Notes under the pieces: generated by a model
Databases searched by the model: none
Seen by the model: only the letters and a program-made list of their open reading frames with translations
Told to the model about the DNA's origin: nothing
Part shown: positions 52,003-64,000 of the stretch, piece by piece
How the letters are laid out: each line of letters begins with the position of its first letter
Numbering within the stretch: the first letter of the stretch is position 1
Made by a program: the position numbers and the translations under genes
Assembly: GCF_001194135.2 (NCBI RefSeq)
Contig: NC_068993.1
Span: forward strand, 62,452,686-62,516,685
Source of the DNA: Octopus bimaculoides
Lineage: Eukaryota
Length of the DNA stretch: 64,000 nucleotides
Direction of reading: 5' to 3'

Positions 52003-53893
52003 ATGTTTATAATTCCTCATTTCTTAAATATAGAACTGTATTAAATAAATAAAAGTTCTAGAAAACGAGTTGAGTAGTCTTTTCTTTCGTTCGCCCACCC
52101 TTCTCTCACTCTCTTTCTCTTTCTCTCCACGCGCACACACAAACCATTAGTTTTCGGAAGCATTTTTATGTCTGTATAAATATAAACATCGTTTAGTGAT
52201 ATTTATCAATCGAATTGTCAAACGAAAAAGTATATAACTTAAAATACAACACACACGAAATACTTACTCAATTGGAACCATTTATGTCAACTGAATTTCC
52301 AAAACAGATGCACATGAGATTTTATTTTTCTTTAGCAAAGAACATTGACATTGAATCAGGAAACTCACTGTCGACTTATATAATAGTTTCATAAACAAAT
52401 GTTGTAATAAAAATTTAAACATTTTGATATCGAGTAGTTAACCATGTGTATTTGAATGAGATTTTTCTATTGATCTGTCGTTTTGTAGTCTTCATAATTA
52501 AATTCTGTAAATAAGACATGTAGTGAGATACGCAGCTACAAATTTTCAGTGAGGTAATTTAATTTATTTAAGACGGAGTATTTCAATTGTCATTGCTTTT
52601 AGCTTGGAAAACATTGTTTTTCTTTTCTGTATGTACATTGGGATCCTGCAATGTTTATTATATCCTCAAGGGTATTTATTAAATGCCAAAGTAGAATTAA
52701 GTAGCTTGAACCGGAAATTGAAAACGGGTCAATTACTCTGTTCGATTGGAGTATATCTCGTAATATTTACGGATACATATGAATCCGATACAGTTTCAAA
52801 TCTTAACCGAAAGCAAATCTCGCAATTTACATGGTTAATATCCTGTCAAGTAAGCTTAATGTGGGATGGTAGTTCTATTCCTTCGCCCTTTATCGCACAA
52901 TCTGGTTCGTGAGTGTTTTAGCAGAATTGTTTCGAGAGCAAACATTGGAATAAAACAAAAGACTTCCACTCTGTTTTCTTGTAAACATTGTTACAGGGTC
53001 ACAGTGAAATCACAAAATATCTTCTCATTTTCATTATATATGAAAAAAATTTACATTCTGCAATTTGTATTTTCTCGTTTACTTCAAATCTTTTAACTTG
53101 TCAAAGTAAGGAGTCAGATTTGCATTTCATCTATTCGGGGTGGAATAAGGTCGTGCTCTGAGGTTCATAAGACAACTCTACACGTCTTCTAGAAATTAAT
53201 CACATATAGTCACTGTCGCCTAAGATTCGCCTTTTTAGATACAAATATCACTCAGTCACGATATTCAGCTCATATTTAACAGAGATAACCTAAATGTTTA
53301 AAACACCAGAAGTAAATATATCTACTTGACGTTGATATGTTCGTGAGGTTTACGAAGAACTCTTCACAGTTTTGTGGAGTTGGGCTTGATCTCACTTCAT
53401 GGCACTTTGCATCGAGGTAAGACCTTTATTCATGTAACCTGATAGACGCCAACTCTGCGAGAGACCGTTGAGAACGGTAAATGTTCCTGAGTCGTAGAAT
53501 TAAACCCTTGCCCATAAAAGCGCTGCAAAACCGATCGCTGTTTTCTTTAGCAGGTTCTCTGCAGGGCTTCCTAAGCCCTGCACAGGTTATATGATCTGAC
53601 CTTTATTCCCTTTCAAAATCATACAAATAAGTTCATTGTCGACACTTAAACAGGCAGTTTGCCTTGAAACAACAAATGACCAAAAGTAAATTCGAGTTGG
53701 AGCAGAAAATGAATGCTAAAATATTGTGCTCATAACTATTTGAATTGTAAGAAATAATCCTTATTAATAATTGTAATAACTATTTGTGGTGATTTTCTCT
53801 TAGAGAAATGAGAATAAATATATAAAAGAAAATTCAATAAAAAACTTATTTCACCGAATCAAATTTGCCTTTATGGCAAATTGAATGAAATAA

Positions 53894-54258
53894 TGTAGCT
53901 TGCTTACCAACCACATGGTTCCGGGATCAGTGCCTTCTACTATAGCCTCGGGCCAGCCAAAGCCTTGTGAGTGGATTTGGTAGACGGAAACTGAAAGAAG
54001 CCCGTCGTATATATATATGTGTGTACGTGTGTTTGTGTTTGTGTGCGTGCGTGTGTATGTGTTTGTCCCCCCACCATCGCTTGACAACCGATGCTGGTGT
54101 GTTTACATCCCCGTAACTTAGTGCTTCGGCAAAAGAGACCGATAGAATAAGTACTAGGCTTACAAAGAATAAGTCCTGGGGTCGATTTGTTCGACTAAAT
54201 GCAGTGCTCCAGCATGGCCACAGTCAAATGACTGAAACAAGTAAAAGAATAAAAGAAT
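53894..54258 (+). mobile_element. SINE family B with internal (TA)n(TG)n spacer
   Basis: gtagcttgcttaccaaccacatggttccggg...gaaagaagcccgtcgtatatatatatgtgtg...gatagaataagtactagg...gtaaaagaataaaagaat. Confidence 0.9.
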
Positions 54259-54522
54259 ATATATATNNNNNNNNNNNNNNNNNNNNNNNNNNNNNNNNNN
54301 NNNNNNNNNNNNNNNNNNNNNNNNNNNNNNNNNNNNNNNNNNNNNNNNNNNNNNNNNNNNNNNNNNNNNNNNNNNNNNNNNNNNNNNNNNNNNNNNNNNN
54401 NNNNNNNNNNNNNNNNNNNNNNNNNNNNNNNNNNNNNNNNNNNNNNNNNNNNNNNNNNNNNNNNNNNNNNNNNNNNNNNNNNNNNNNNNNNNNNNNNNNN
54501 NNNNNNNNNNTATGTATGTATG

Positions 54523-54553
<31 letters not shown>

Positions 54554-56367
54554 TGTAGCGTATACATTCATTGGCGTATTAGCAGACGAATCTATTGTAT
54601 GTGTCCGTGTGTCCCTTCACGGTTCACTCTCCCATTACGTTTGATATATTTGCCATTCTACTGCTTTTGTCGTTTCCAATTTTAGATGGAAAATAAAGTG
54701 TAATTCCATAATTCCTCCTCTGGGATTCTGCTTAAGTAATAATAGAAATGAAGATGAGCGGTGGGGAAATAAACAACAATTTGCATTGATCCGAAGATGA
54801 AGTTTCTTCTTATTTTCCAGTCAAAGTGTTTTTCTTTTAACATAATATTGCAATTCAGTTTCTTTTACACATGAAGTTAGCAGCATCAAACTCCATCTGA
54901 CACCAATAAATATATTCTACAGCCTTCATCGATCGTGTGAGAACACACATTGAAAATGGTTTCTAACTTGCAGGAAATTAGTGTCAACGAAATCTAGTTT
55001 GACGGAAATGCAAAGAAGGAATAACTAGAGGTTATACCTGATGTTATTGAAGAAAAATAAATTAAATAAATCTTCTGTCTATAGAGATGAAAGCACGTGG
55101 TGCTTTATCATTAAAGATTTATGAGTGGCAAAATAATCTTTTTCTGCTTTGGTTTTGTATTGTTTTATTTCAGAATCATACTGTGTCTTTTAAAACTCGA
55201 TCCAAACTGTTTTTTTTTTTCATCTCATAAAAGAAACAGTAAAGAGGTTTATGCGAACGTCAGAGTTCAATTATATGTGAAGTCTTAAGTTACCAGCTGA
55301 TATCTCATTGAAACACATAAAAATAAAGGACTCTACTTGAAACATAGGCATGCGATCTTTATAAATTAATAGGAAAATATGAATTTCAAACTTACGGAAC
55401 TGGAAGGGATTTATTACATCTCATATATGTTATGGAGAAATCAAAGCGACCGGTTCGACAGAAATCTTAATTCAGCTTCTATCAAAAGCATACATTTGAA
55501 GAAATTCTCACTGAATGTTTATGCGGAATACGCACATGATAAGCTCATAGATAAATCTTGTAATATCAAACGGGATTTTTTTTTTAATTCCCAACGACTT
55601 TTATTCCGATAAATTCCAGTTAGAAATATTTACTGCAAGTCATATTCGAGAATTTGGAAGAAATTACGGTTGGGAAGTGTTTGAATTCTTTCACCATGAA
55701 GTAATCTATTTGTAATTATTTGGAAACTGATGCCGCAAGTTGCTTCAGTCATCAATATAATGCTACATACATAGCAACATGGTACAAATACATGGGTGTT
55801 TAGCTAATCTTTCGTTACTTTGCCCATTTTAATTTGCAACTTTTCTCTGACTATTTACCAATGCCACATTGTCTCCTCTCACATTCTCTCATCTTTTCTT
55901 TCTGTTACTCTTTCTATTTCTGTATCCATAACGCACATGAAATACATCCAACACGATCTCAACTGAAAGGCATCATAACCCTCGACAAGAGGCAAACTAT
56001 TAGCTGTCATTAGACTACTACCAGAGTTGAACACCAAGTTTCGCATGCTAACATCTGTAGAAATAGCATTGTATATAATCTAACATTTTGTGAAGCACTT
56101 AGAACCGTGAGCCAAACAAGGGTAAACTACATCGCTCTGCTCTTCTAGAAGATTCCTATTCAGAACAAAATATGTGACTGTTTTTACTTGAAATTTTTCA
56201 AATTTTTATATTTTTATAATATTTTTATAATATTTGATAAGATGACATACATTGAAACTGGTAACACTAATATTTCTATTTATATAATCTTTTATTAAAT
56301 TCCTTCTTAAACTGAAATGTCTTAATTCTGTGCTATTTCCACCTCCATCTTTTCTCTCTCTCTCTCT

Positions 56368-56431
<64 letters not shown>

Positions 56432-57115
56432 CCGAGCGTCATACTAATATATACTTTTGTTATTTACACCACCTGTCCTCGTTATTTTTTGTATATTCTC
56501 CCATATATATATATATATATATATATATACTCATCCATACCCTAACGTGTATACTGTATATAGATATGAGTATCTAGTAGGCTTGTGCTTCTTTGTATTG
56601 GCGAAATACACTCCAGTAGTAATCACATGGATAAGTATCGAGTCTAATGTATGTATTGTGCAGCACCTAGGATTACCTTGAATTACTTGAAAGCGATATC
56701 TGAAGATTTGCATACACCCACATACATAGTCATGTAAATAATATTCTAATTGTATTTATCCCGCATCCAGTACCTACTGGAATTGCGGCAGTATTGTATT
56801 CCGGTATGATTTCTAATCAAAGAAAATGATAAAGAATGAAAAAAAAAAAAAGAACAGTGAATACAACTTATGGAAACACGCAAATATATTTTCTGTAAAA
56901 AGTATAAGAATATTTTAACAAAAACAGTTTCTTTTATGTTTATGGCCACGAGCGACTTCAATTGGTTCAAAAAGTATAAGCCATTACTCAGAATATCCAT
57001 TATCTTCACTTGCAAGAATAATATGCGCATGAAACGTTGTTGCACGTAATACACACACACGTNNNNNNNNNNNNNNNNNNNNNNNNNNNNNNNNNNNNNN
57101 NNNNNNNNNNNNNNN

Positions 57116-57265
57116 CCCAATACACAACTGGTACCTAGTTTATCGGCCCCGAAAGGATGAAAGACAAAGTCGAGGTCAGCGGGATGTGAACTCAGAACGT
57201 AAAGTCAGACGAAATACCGCTAAGCATTTCGCCCGGCGTGCTAACGTTTCTGCCAGCTCGCCGCC
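57116..57265 (-). mobile_element. SINE family A
   Basis: Reverse complement of 36184-36330. Confidence 0.88.
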
Positions 57266-59207
57266 TTGAATATTATATATATTAATATGGAATAATGTAA
57301 TATATATATATATATGATAAATAAATTCAAAAAGGGATAAAACTCTTTTACAAGAATTTTATCAAGAAGCCAGTGTGTAAAAAAAGGGAAATTTCTATTT
57401 CTGAACTTCGGTATGTGGTGAAGCAAATGTTTGCTGATCCCTTAATTATGTTTATATATATATATATACATATATATATACACACGTATCTGCGAGTGCC
57501 AAGAAACACCCTGGAATGGCAACATAATTTAGAATGTCTTTCATTTTCTGCTTGAGCTTTGAGTTATCAAAAGTGTAATTCAACACAGTTCTGAATCAGT
57601 CCTGGAATAGTTCAGAAAATGCAGGCAAGTTATATGCTGTGAAATTTCAAAATACTGCGACACTTCCTTAACTGTAACCGTCAAATCTTGTAGATATTTG
57701 CGTAATAATAACCCATTGTTATATAATTTAATTTATGTTTCTTAATCAAATCAAACTTCCTAGACTTGGTCATATAAATTTTCTGTCAGTATTTGTATCC
57801 AGCATTACTTTATACAATATATTTCATGTTTATTAAAGCAGTGTGATTCTGGAAACAGTCACCTATTAATTATGGTCGTGTAGTCATTCTTGTTTTAGAC
57901 GTTTGCATAACAGTCTAGCCAAAGAGCACACCCCTAATCGATCGTACCCAAGGTAATAAGCAGTTCATTTATGATTACTATGTCTTTCCTTAGGACTGCA
58001 CTACCAAATAATTTCTTCATCTTTTAAAGCAATCTTCTCTGATTCAACTGAGATTTGTGTGCTATTTCTAGCAGAAGTAACACTTATGTGAATATCCCTT
58101 TGTCTACTGTCACAATGCTACGCATAACACAGTTTAATTTTGTTGCTTGATAAAATATGTCCCAGTATTTTATTGAATTGATCTCATTCGACGATACCGT
58201 TCCTTTTCAAAACTCGAGAAAGCATTTTAATTTTACAGGAACGACGGCAAGACTAATAAAGCAATCTTTAAATCATCGTATCCGTTTAGAAGTTTGTCCG
58301 TTTATTTATTACAACGTTGTACCTTTGAATAAAATAGCCACGAAGTAAGTTACGCATGAACAATTTTGTTGTTACATGATGGTGGTTCAGTATTTAAGTA
58401 TTCAACCAAACAATGTTTGCTGAAAAGCATGCTGAAAGGACAGAAACCAAATGATTGCTTTATTGCTTTAGACAGTGGTTAATCTATGCGGAGAAGGAAG
58501 TCAACGAAATATTTGTCAGCAAACCGTAAAAAATCCCTCGGGAGCTCAATGAATTCTTTTCCTGCACATCAACAACACAGCAGAAATTTGATTACATTTT
58601 TATTTCACTTACATGTCGTTCTAGTCTTTAAATACGGTTAGTCTTTACTAGTCGGTCTAGTCTTTAAATACATTTTCAGTTCTGCCGCAGCACACTGTTT
58701 TGTACATGAAATAGCTATTATTTAATTAATGACCGGCCTTATTTGGCACAAATATGCAAAATAGGCCACCTACTGTTGCTTATATATCAGCTGATCCACG
58801 CTTCTAAATAAAGAAACCGGCTTTATAATCTCCGAGAAGCTCTCAACTGGAAAATGGTTCATCAGCAAAAGCCTCGCTATTGGTTGTTTTTATTGAATTC
58901 GTAATATGGGTTTGCATTCACATTTCCCCCGTTCTCAAGCTTTGGGATGTTTAAATTTATTGTAATTCTGATTTACGTGCATTATATATGTATTCATAAA
59001 TACACACATACATATATGTAAACTATATAATAGATAGAAAAAAAAGCAGGGCTAATTTACTTATTTCTCCGTAGATTGAAAGAAATGATGAGGATATGTA
59101 TGTGTCTGTATTTGTGAATGCATGCATGTATTTATGTGTGATTGTGTGTATATGCGTATGTTTATGTGTGTGTGTGTGTGTATGTGAGAGAGAGAGATAC
59201 ACAAGTA

Positions 59208-59440
59208 TAGCTATGACATACAGAAGCTCGCTTCGTAACCATTAGATTTCGGCTTCACTCCCTATCATATTCCAAGTGTCTTCTAATATAGCCTTGGTTG
59301 AAATTTTATATATAATCTAGCGGTTCGGCAAAAGAGTTCGATAGTATAAGTACTAGGATTACAAAGAATAAGTACTGGAGTCGATTTGTTCTACAGCATA
59401 ACTGCATTGAAATGACTGGAACAAATAAAAGAATAAAAGA
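59208..59440 (+). mobile_element. Internally deleted SINE family B
   Basis: tccaagtgtcttctaatatagcc...tagcggttcggcaaaagag...aagtactagg.ttacaaagaataagt...aataaaagaataaaaga. Confidence 0.8.
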
Positions 59441-59460
59441 CTGCATACATACGCGCACGC

Positions 59461-59491
<31 letters not shown>

Positions 59492-61420
59492 NNNNNNNNN
59501 NNNNNNNNNNNNNNNNNNNNNNNNNNNNNNNNNNNNNNNNNNNNNNNNNNNNNNNNNNNNNNNNNNNNNNNNNNNNNNNNNNNNNNNNNNNNNNNNNNNN
59601 NNNNNNNNNNNNNNNNNNNNNNNNNNNNNNNNNNNNNNNNNNNNNNNNNNNNNNNNNNNNNNNNNNNNNNNNNNNNNNNNNNNNNNNNNNNNNNNNNNNN
59701 NNNNNNNNNNNNNNNNNNNNNNNNNNNNNNNNNNNNNNNNNNNNNNNNNNNNNNNNNNNNNNNNNNNNNNNNNNNNNNNNNNNNNNNNNNNNNNNNNNNN
59801 NNNNNNNNNNNNNNNNNNNNNNNNNNNNNNNNNNNNNNNNNNNNNNNNNNNNNNNNNNNNNNNNNNNNNNNNNNNNNNNNNNNNNNNNNNNNNNNNNNNN
59901 NNNNNNNNNNNNNNNNNNNNNNNNNNNNNNNNNNNNNNNNNNNNNNNNNNNNNNNNNNNNNNNNNNNNNNNNNNNNNNNNNNNNNNNNNNNNNNNNNNNN
60001 NNNNNNNNNNNCCCCTCTCCCTTTCTTACGATTGACTTTCCATTTCTCTCTTAAAAGGAAACCGATCTAAAATGTTGATCGCAAATTATTTTAAATTAAC
60101 CTGGATTCTCAAAGCAAACAGCAAACACGATGAAAGAGAAAATTATCTCTTGGTTTTTATGAATTTTCTCTTCACTTTGTCATGTTTTTATTGCATTATC
60201 TTTTGGGTGTGGTGGCCTTGTAGGATTATGAAAGAATTTATTTTATTGTTGGATATTTTTTGTTTTTACTAAAAGAACATCATGTTTGCTTCCATAATGA
60301 AGGGATAATTACAATTAAATAGAAAAATAGCAAGGTTTACGCTTGTTGTAAAATTCAAAAATACAGATTATCAAATCCTACTCTTGGAAGACTCTAATAA
60401 GATTCCTTTGTAAATTTCTAAAACAAAATACAGAAAAGGGAAAGAGTGATACAAGCATGATTTTTTTTTCCTTTTCTTCTTTTTTTTTTTTTTTNNNNNN
60501 NNNNTTTTTTTTTTTTTTTTTAGTCATTAACTGCTTCATTGGGATGAAATAGTTTCGAAAATGCATTAGTGATACAAATGGCGGAAATCTTTTCCACAGC
60601 AAACACACTTGAAAAATTGGCATTTTCTAACTTAAGCAAAAGGTTCAAAGAAATTATGAAGGTTAGATTGTTTTTTTTTTCCCTTTTTGTTGTTTTTTTT
60701 TTTTGCATTCGTTAGGGATGTAGGTGGTGAAGGGAAAATCAAAGCAGAATTTCGAAGTTAGTTTCATGTGATAAATTTGTACTCAATGATTCATTGGCAC
60801 AATTATGAATTATAACAAAAATACAAGATTACAAATCTGAATGAGGAGACATTCCAGTGTATCGACTCAAGTATTTGACTGATGCTTTATTATACGGAAC
60901 CCCTCGAGATGACGGGGCAAGTGAATCTCAAAATGAATTTGACCACAGCCTTCGTGCTTCAGAGTCACTAACATATGTCTTCCACGCTGCAATCGTTTTA
61001 GTTCTAACAAACGGCCTGATATCCACTCAGTTGCCTGGCAAATACACCTCCGAAAACCAAAATAATATTTATGTAAGCGAAGGGAAATTCTAAAAAGTAA
61101 TAATGAATCATTCTTAATTTTAGTCGAAAAGTATTAATATTTTTAAACTTAACGAATGAATTCTTTGCCAAACTATTATCGATGAGTGAGTTATATGCGT
61201 TTTTCTTTTTGTTTTTTCATTTTTGGTGAACATGAATACATTTTCCGTACTCATCGATTCGTTGTTAAATTAGTCAAATATCTAGAATCTCACGTTTCGC
61301 TTACATCTAATGACAGTTTTAATAGATCTTTTCTTTTTTAATTAATTCACTAGACAGGTGTCATCAAGTGGCAAAGAAGTAATTCCATCGACTATATTTT
61401 CAGTCACACGCTTCATCTGC

Positions 61421-61452
<32 letters not shown>

Positions 61453-61811
61453 ATTTGCTATTTGCTATATATTTCCAATAAGCACCTGTAGCTTATTAGA
61501 GATTAAAAACAGAACGCGCGGAGGAAAATTGCTAATAACTTATCGGTGTTTCTAAGTTAGCAGTTCGATTTTGATATGGAAAAAATATAGAAGCCTAGAA
61601 AACAAAATGTGAAGTTGTCAGTTATAAGTAATCGGAGCAGAAACCAGTTGATGTGATCACTTTGGGATAAAGCCTTTTGAATAACAATAACCGGGTGATA
61701 ACAGTAAACAGTAGATATGCTTATATCTGAACATTTGATTCTAATAAGCGGATAGTTATTTTTTATTCCTTTTCAGCTGGACAACAGGACAACAATCCCC
61801 CTTGGTCGAAA

Positions 61812-61936
61812 GGAGGACTGGAACAACGTGAAATTAAGTATTTTGCTCAAGAACACAGCTTACTGCCCAGTCTGAGAATTGAATCCACGATCTAGCGATC
61901 GTAAGTGCAACATCCAAACCATTCGGCCACGCCCCT
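61812..61936 (-). mobile_element. SINE family C head
   Basis: ggactggaacaacgtgaaattaagtattttgctcaagaacac...gaattgaatccacgatct...aaccattcggccacgcc. Confidence 0.8.
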
Positions 61937-62125
61937 TTACACATTAACACACACACACACACACGTATATATATNNNNNNNNNNNNNNNNNNNNNNNNNN
62001 NNNNNNNNNNNNNNNNNNNNNNNNNNNNNNNNNNNNNNNNNNNNNNNNNNNNNNNNNNNNNNNNNNNNNNNNNNNNNNNNNNNNNNNNNNNNNNNNNNNN
62101 NNNNNNNNNNNNNNNNNNNNNNNNN

Positions 62126-62199
<74 letters not shown>

Positions 62200-63046
62200 A
62201 GACAAAGAGACAGAGAAAGATAGATAGATAGACAGATAATATACATATGCAGTCCGTACACTTACACAGTAATATCTCCCCATACAACGGCCATCTTAGC
62301 ATTGCAGTGTCTCTACGCCCCTCCGTAATTTGCAATTTCACCACTCCCATACACCGCCCCCTTCACCATGTGCGTATTAAAGATTCTGTGGCTTGTTTGC
62401 TTTACTTTTGATCTCAGAATTACCGTCAGGTGCATCGATTCTAAGGAGGGGATAAAATTTAATTCATTTTCAATAAAATGTATATTATTCAATGATTATG
62501 ATAATAATAGTAGCAGTTTGCTAACATTATCTAAAACTGTAATGAACGGTGTCGTCCGTACTTTCAATTGGAGAGATCTCGGAAACGAAAATCGTATAAG
62601 CAGAACTAACGAATGATCTAGTTTTGATTCCCATTTTGAACATATTACGTATCATTTACGCAGCTGAATTTTCCCCCTTTTTTGAGAACCTTATAATTTG
62701 AAAACGATAAATCAATAAATACTTCAAAAAAAATTCAAATGGAATATGTTGTACAGAAAGCAAATTGTAGTTTCGTTTTACACTTAGCAAAAAATGATGC
62801 GACGTTCTTCTTTTCCAATTGCATAGGGTGTAGATGAGAATTAAAAAATGGCGTCCATCATGATTGACAATTACCTCTACGAAGCTCACTCCCAACAGTT
62901 TCCTTTTGTGTCCGAGGAGTTGCTTTCTTCTTTTAAGTAGTGAAAATTGAAAAAAACAACAACATGAAATACAAACTCAAGTGTGACCAGTATTTCCAAT
63001 CATATTTCGCATGTTTATGTCTCTACGGTAGATTAGTGTTCAGTCC

Positions 63047-63093
<47 letters not shown>

Positions 63094-63944
63094 GGTAGAT
63101 TTATCTTGCGTCTATTTACGACCTTGAGACCAAAGTTAAACTGTACAACTAATGAAATGCACGGAGAATATTTGAAGTTATTTACATTGACTATTAATTT
63201 TACTCAATACATAAAATTTTGCTGAAAGCAGTCAGGATTACTAATTCTTGTTATATTTTCTCCCCAAATGAAATTTACAAATTCAATGAGTATTATATGA
63301 GAAAATTATAACTATCGACATATATATTACACATGCAACTAGTTATTTTCTTATTACACTCTCGACGTATTAAGTCAATTCATTGAGAATTCATTTAACA
63401 TGTTTACATGCCCCTTTTATAGAAGTATTCTTTTAAACTCAAATATGATACATTAAGTATTTATATTTTCAGAAACAAAATATATTAACATCAATGCTGT
63501 CCGTTACTATAACTCATGTATGTGCTTGGGGAGATGGCAGTAATTAGTACACTAGCTATTTATTAATGTCTGTTCTATAAATATGTTACGAAAAATGTTG
63601 CCTCGAGCAATCTCTAAATATATTTTCTTTTCTTGGAAAAATCAACTTTCTTCATTATAAAGAGATAAACACAGACTCTAATAATAGCATGCCTCTAACT
63701 TTTTCTGGCTTTTACGAATAACTACCTAAAATAGTAACCTTTCGTAATGGAAAGTAATAATTGTAAATTTCTATGAATTCTCTAATTCAGCAGTATCTAT
63801 GAGGTCTCGAAAAGCTATACCAGCATGTTGGAGGTCTGAATGCTTTAGTTCTTTGTAAGTAGACGTATTTTACCCATCAAACTGTATTTAGTATATCTAA
63901 TACATTGCACATAGCAGTATTCCCTCAGACTCCCTGCTTCTCCA

Positions 63945-63950
<6 letters not shown>

Positions 63951-63981
<31 letters not shown>

Positions 63982-64000
63982 ACACACACACACACACACA
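63951..64000. repeat. (CA)n microsatellite
   Basis: Direct reading. Confidence 0.95.

Noticed and set aside
53560-53600. GC hairpin as a Helitron 3' end
   Set aside because: No CTRR followed by T at the expected distance on either strand.
60857-61093. 78-aa protein-like ORF
   Set aside because: Its first about 95 bp align to a decayed minus-strand family A SINE (atcgac..agta.ttgactg...gaatttga..acag).

Overview
AT-rich, microsatellite-dense animal genomic DNA from a gapped assembly with many N runs. The SINE families and the (TA)n/(TG)n/(AAT)n load suggest an octopus or other coleoid cephalopod; this is an inference from memory, not a search. No rRNA, true tRNA, CRISPR array or nameable host gene is visible, and almost all supplied ORFs are microsatellite or N artefacts. 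Supportable content: many tRNA-derived SINEs from at least three families, two decayed Penelope-like element (PLE) GIY-YIG fragments, two R4/Dong-type restriction-like endonuclease fragments, a decayed mariner transposase, a solo Tigger/pogo end and a candidate pair of minus-strand coding exons at 44.4-45.1 kb. The most striking signal is a set of unrelated minimal type-I hammerhead ribozyme (HHR) motifs with palindromic stem III, the dimer-type architecture known from PLEs. Several sit inside fold-back elements whose inversion junction lies at the edge of the ribozyme core, and one has a compensatory G3-C8 swap of the catalytic core.
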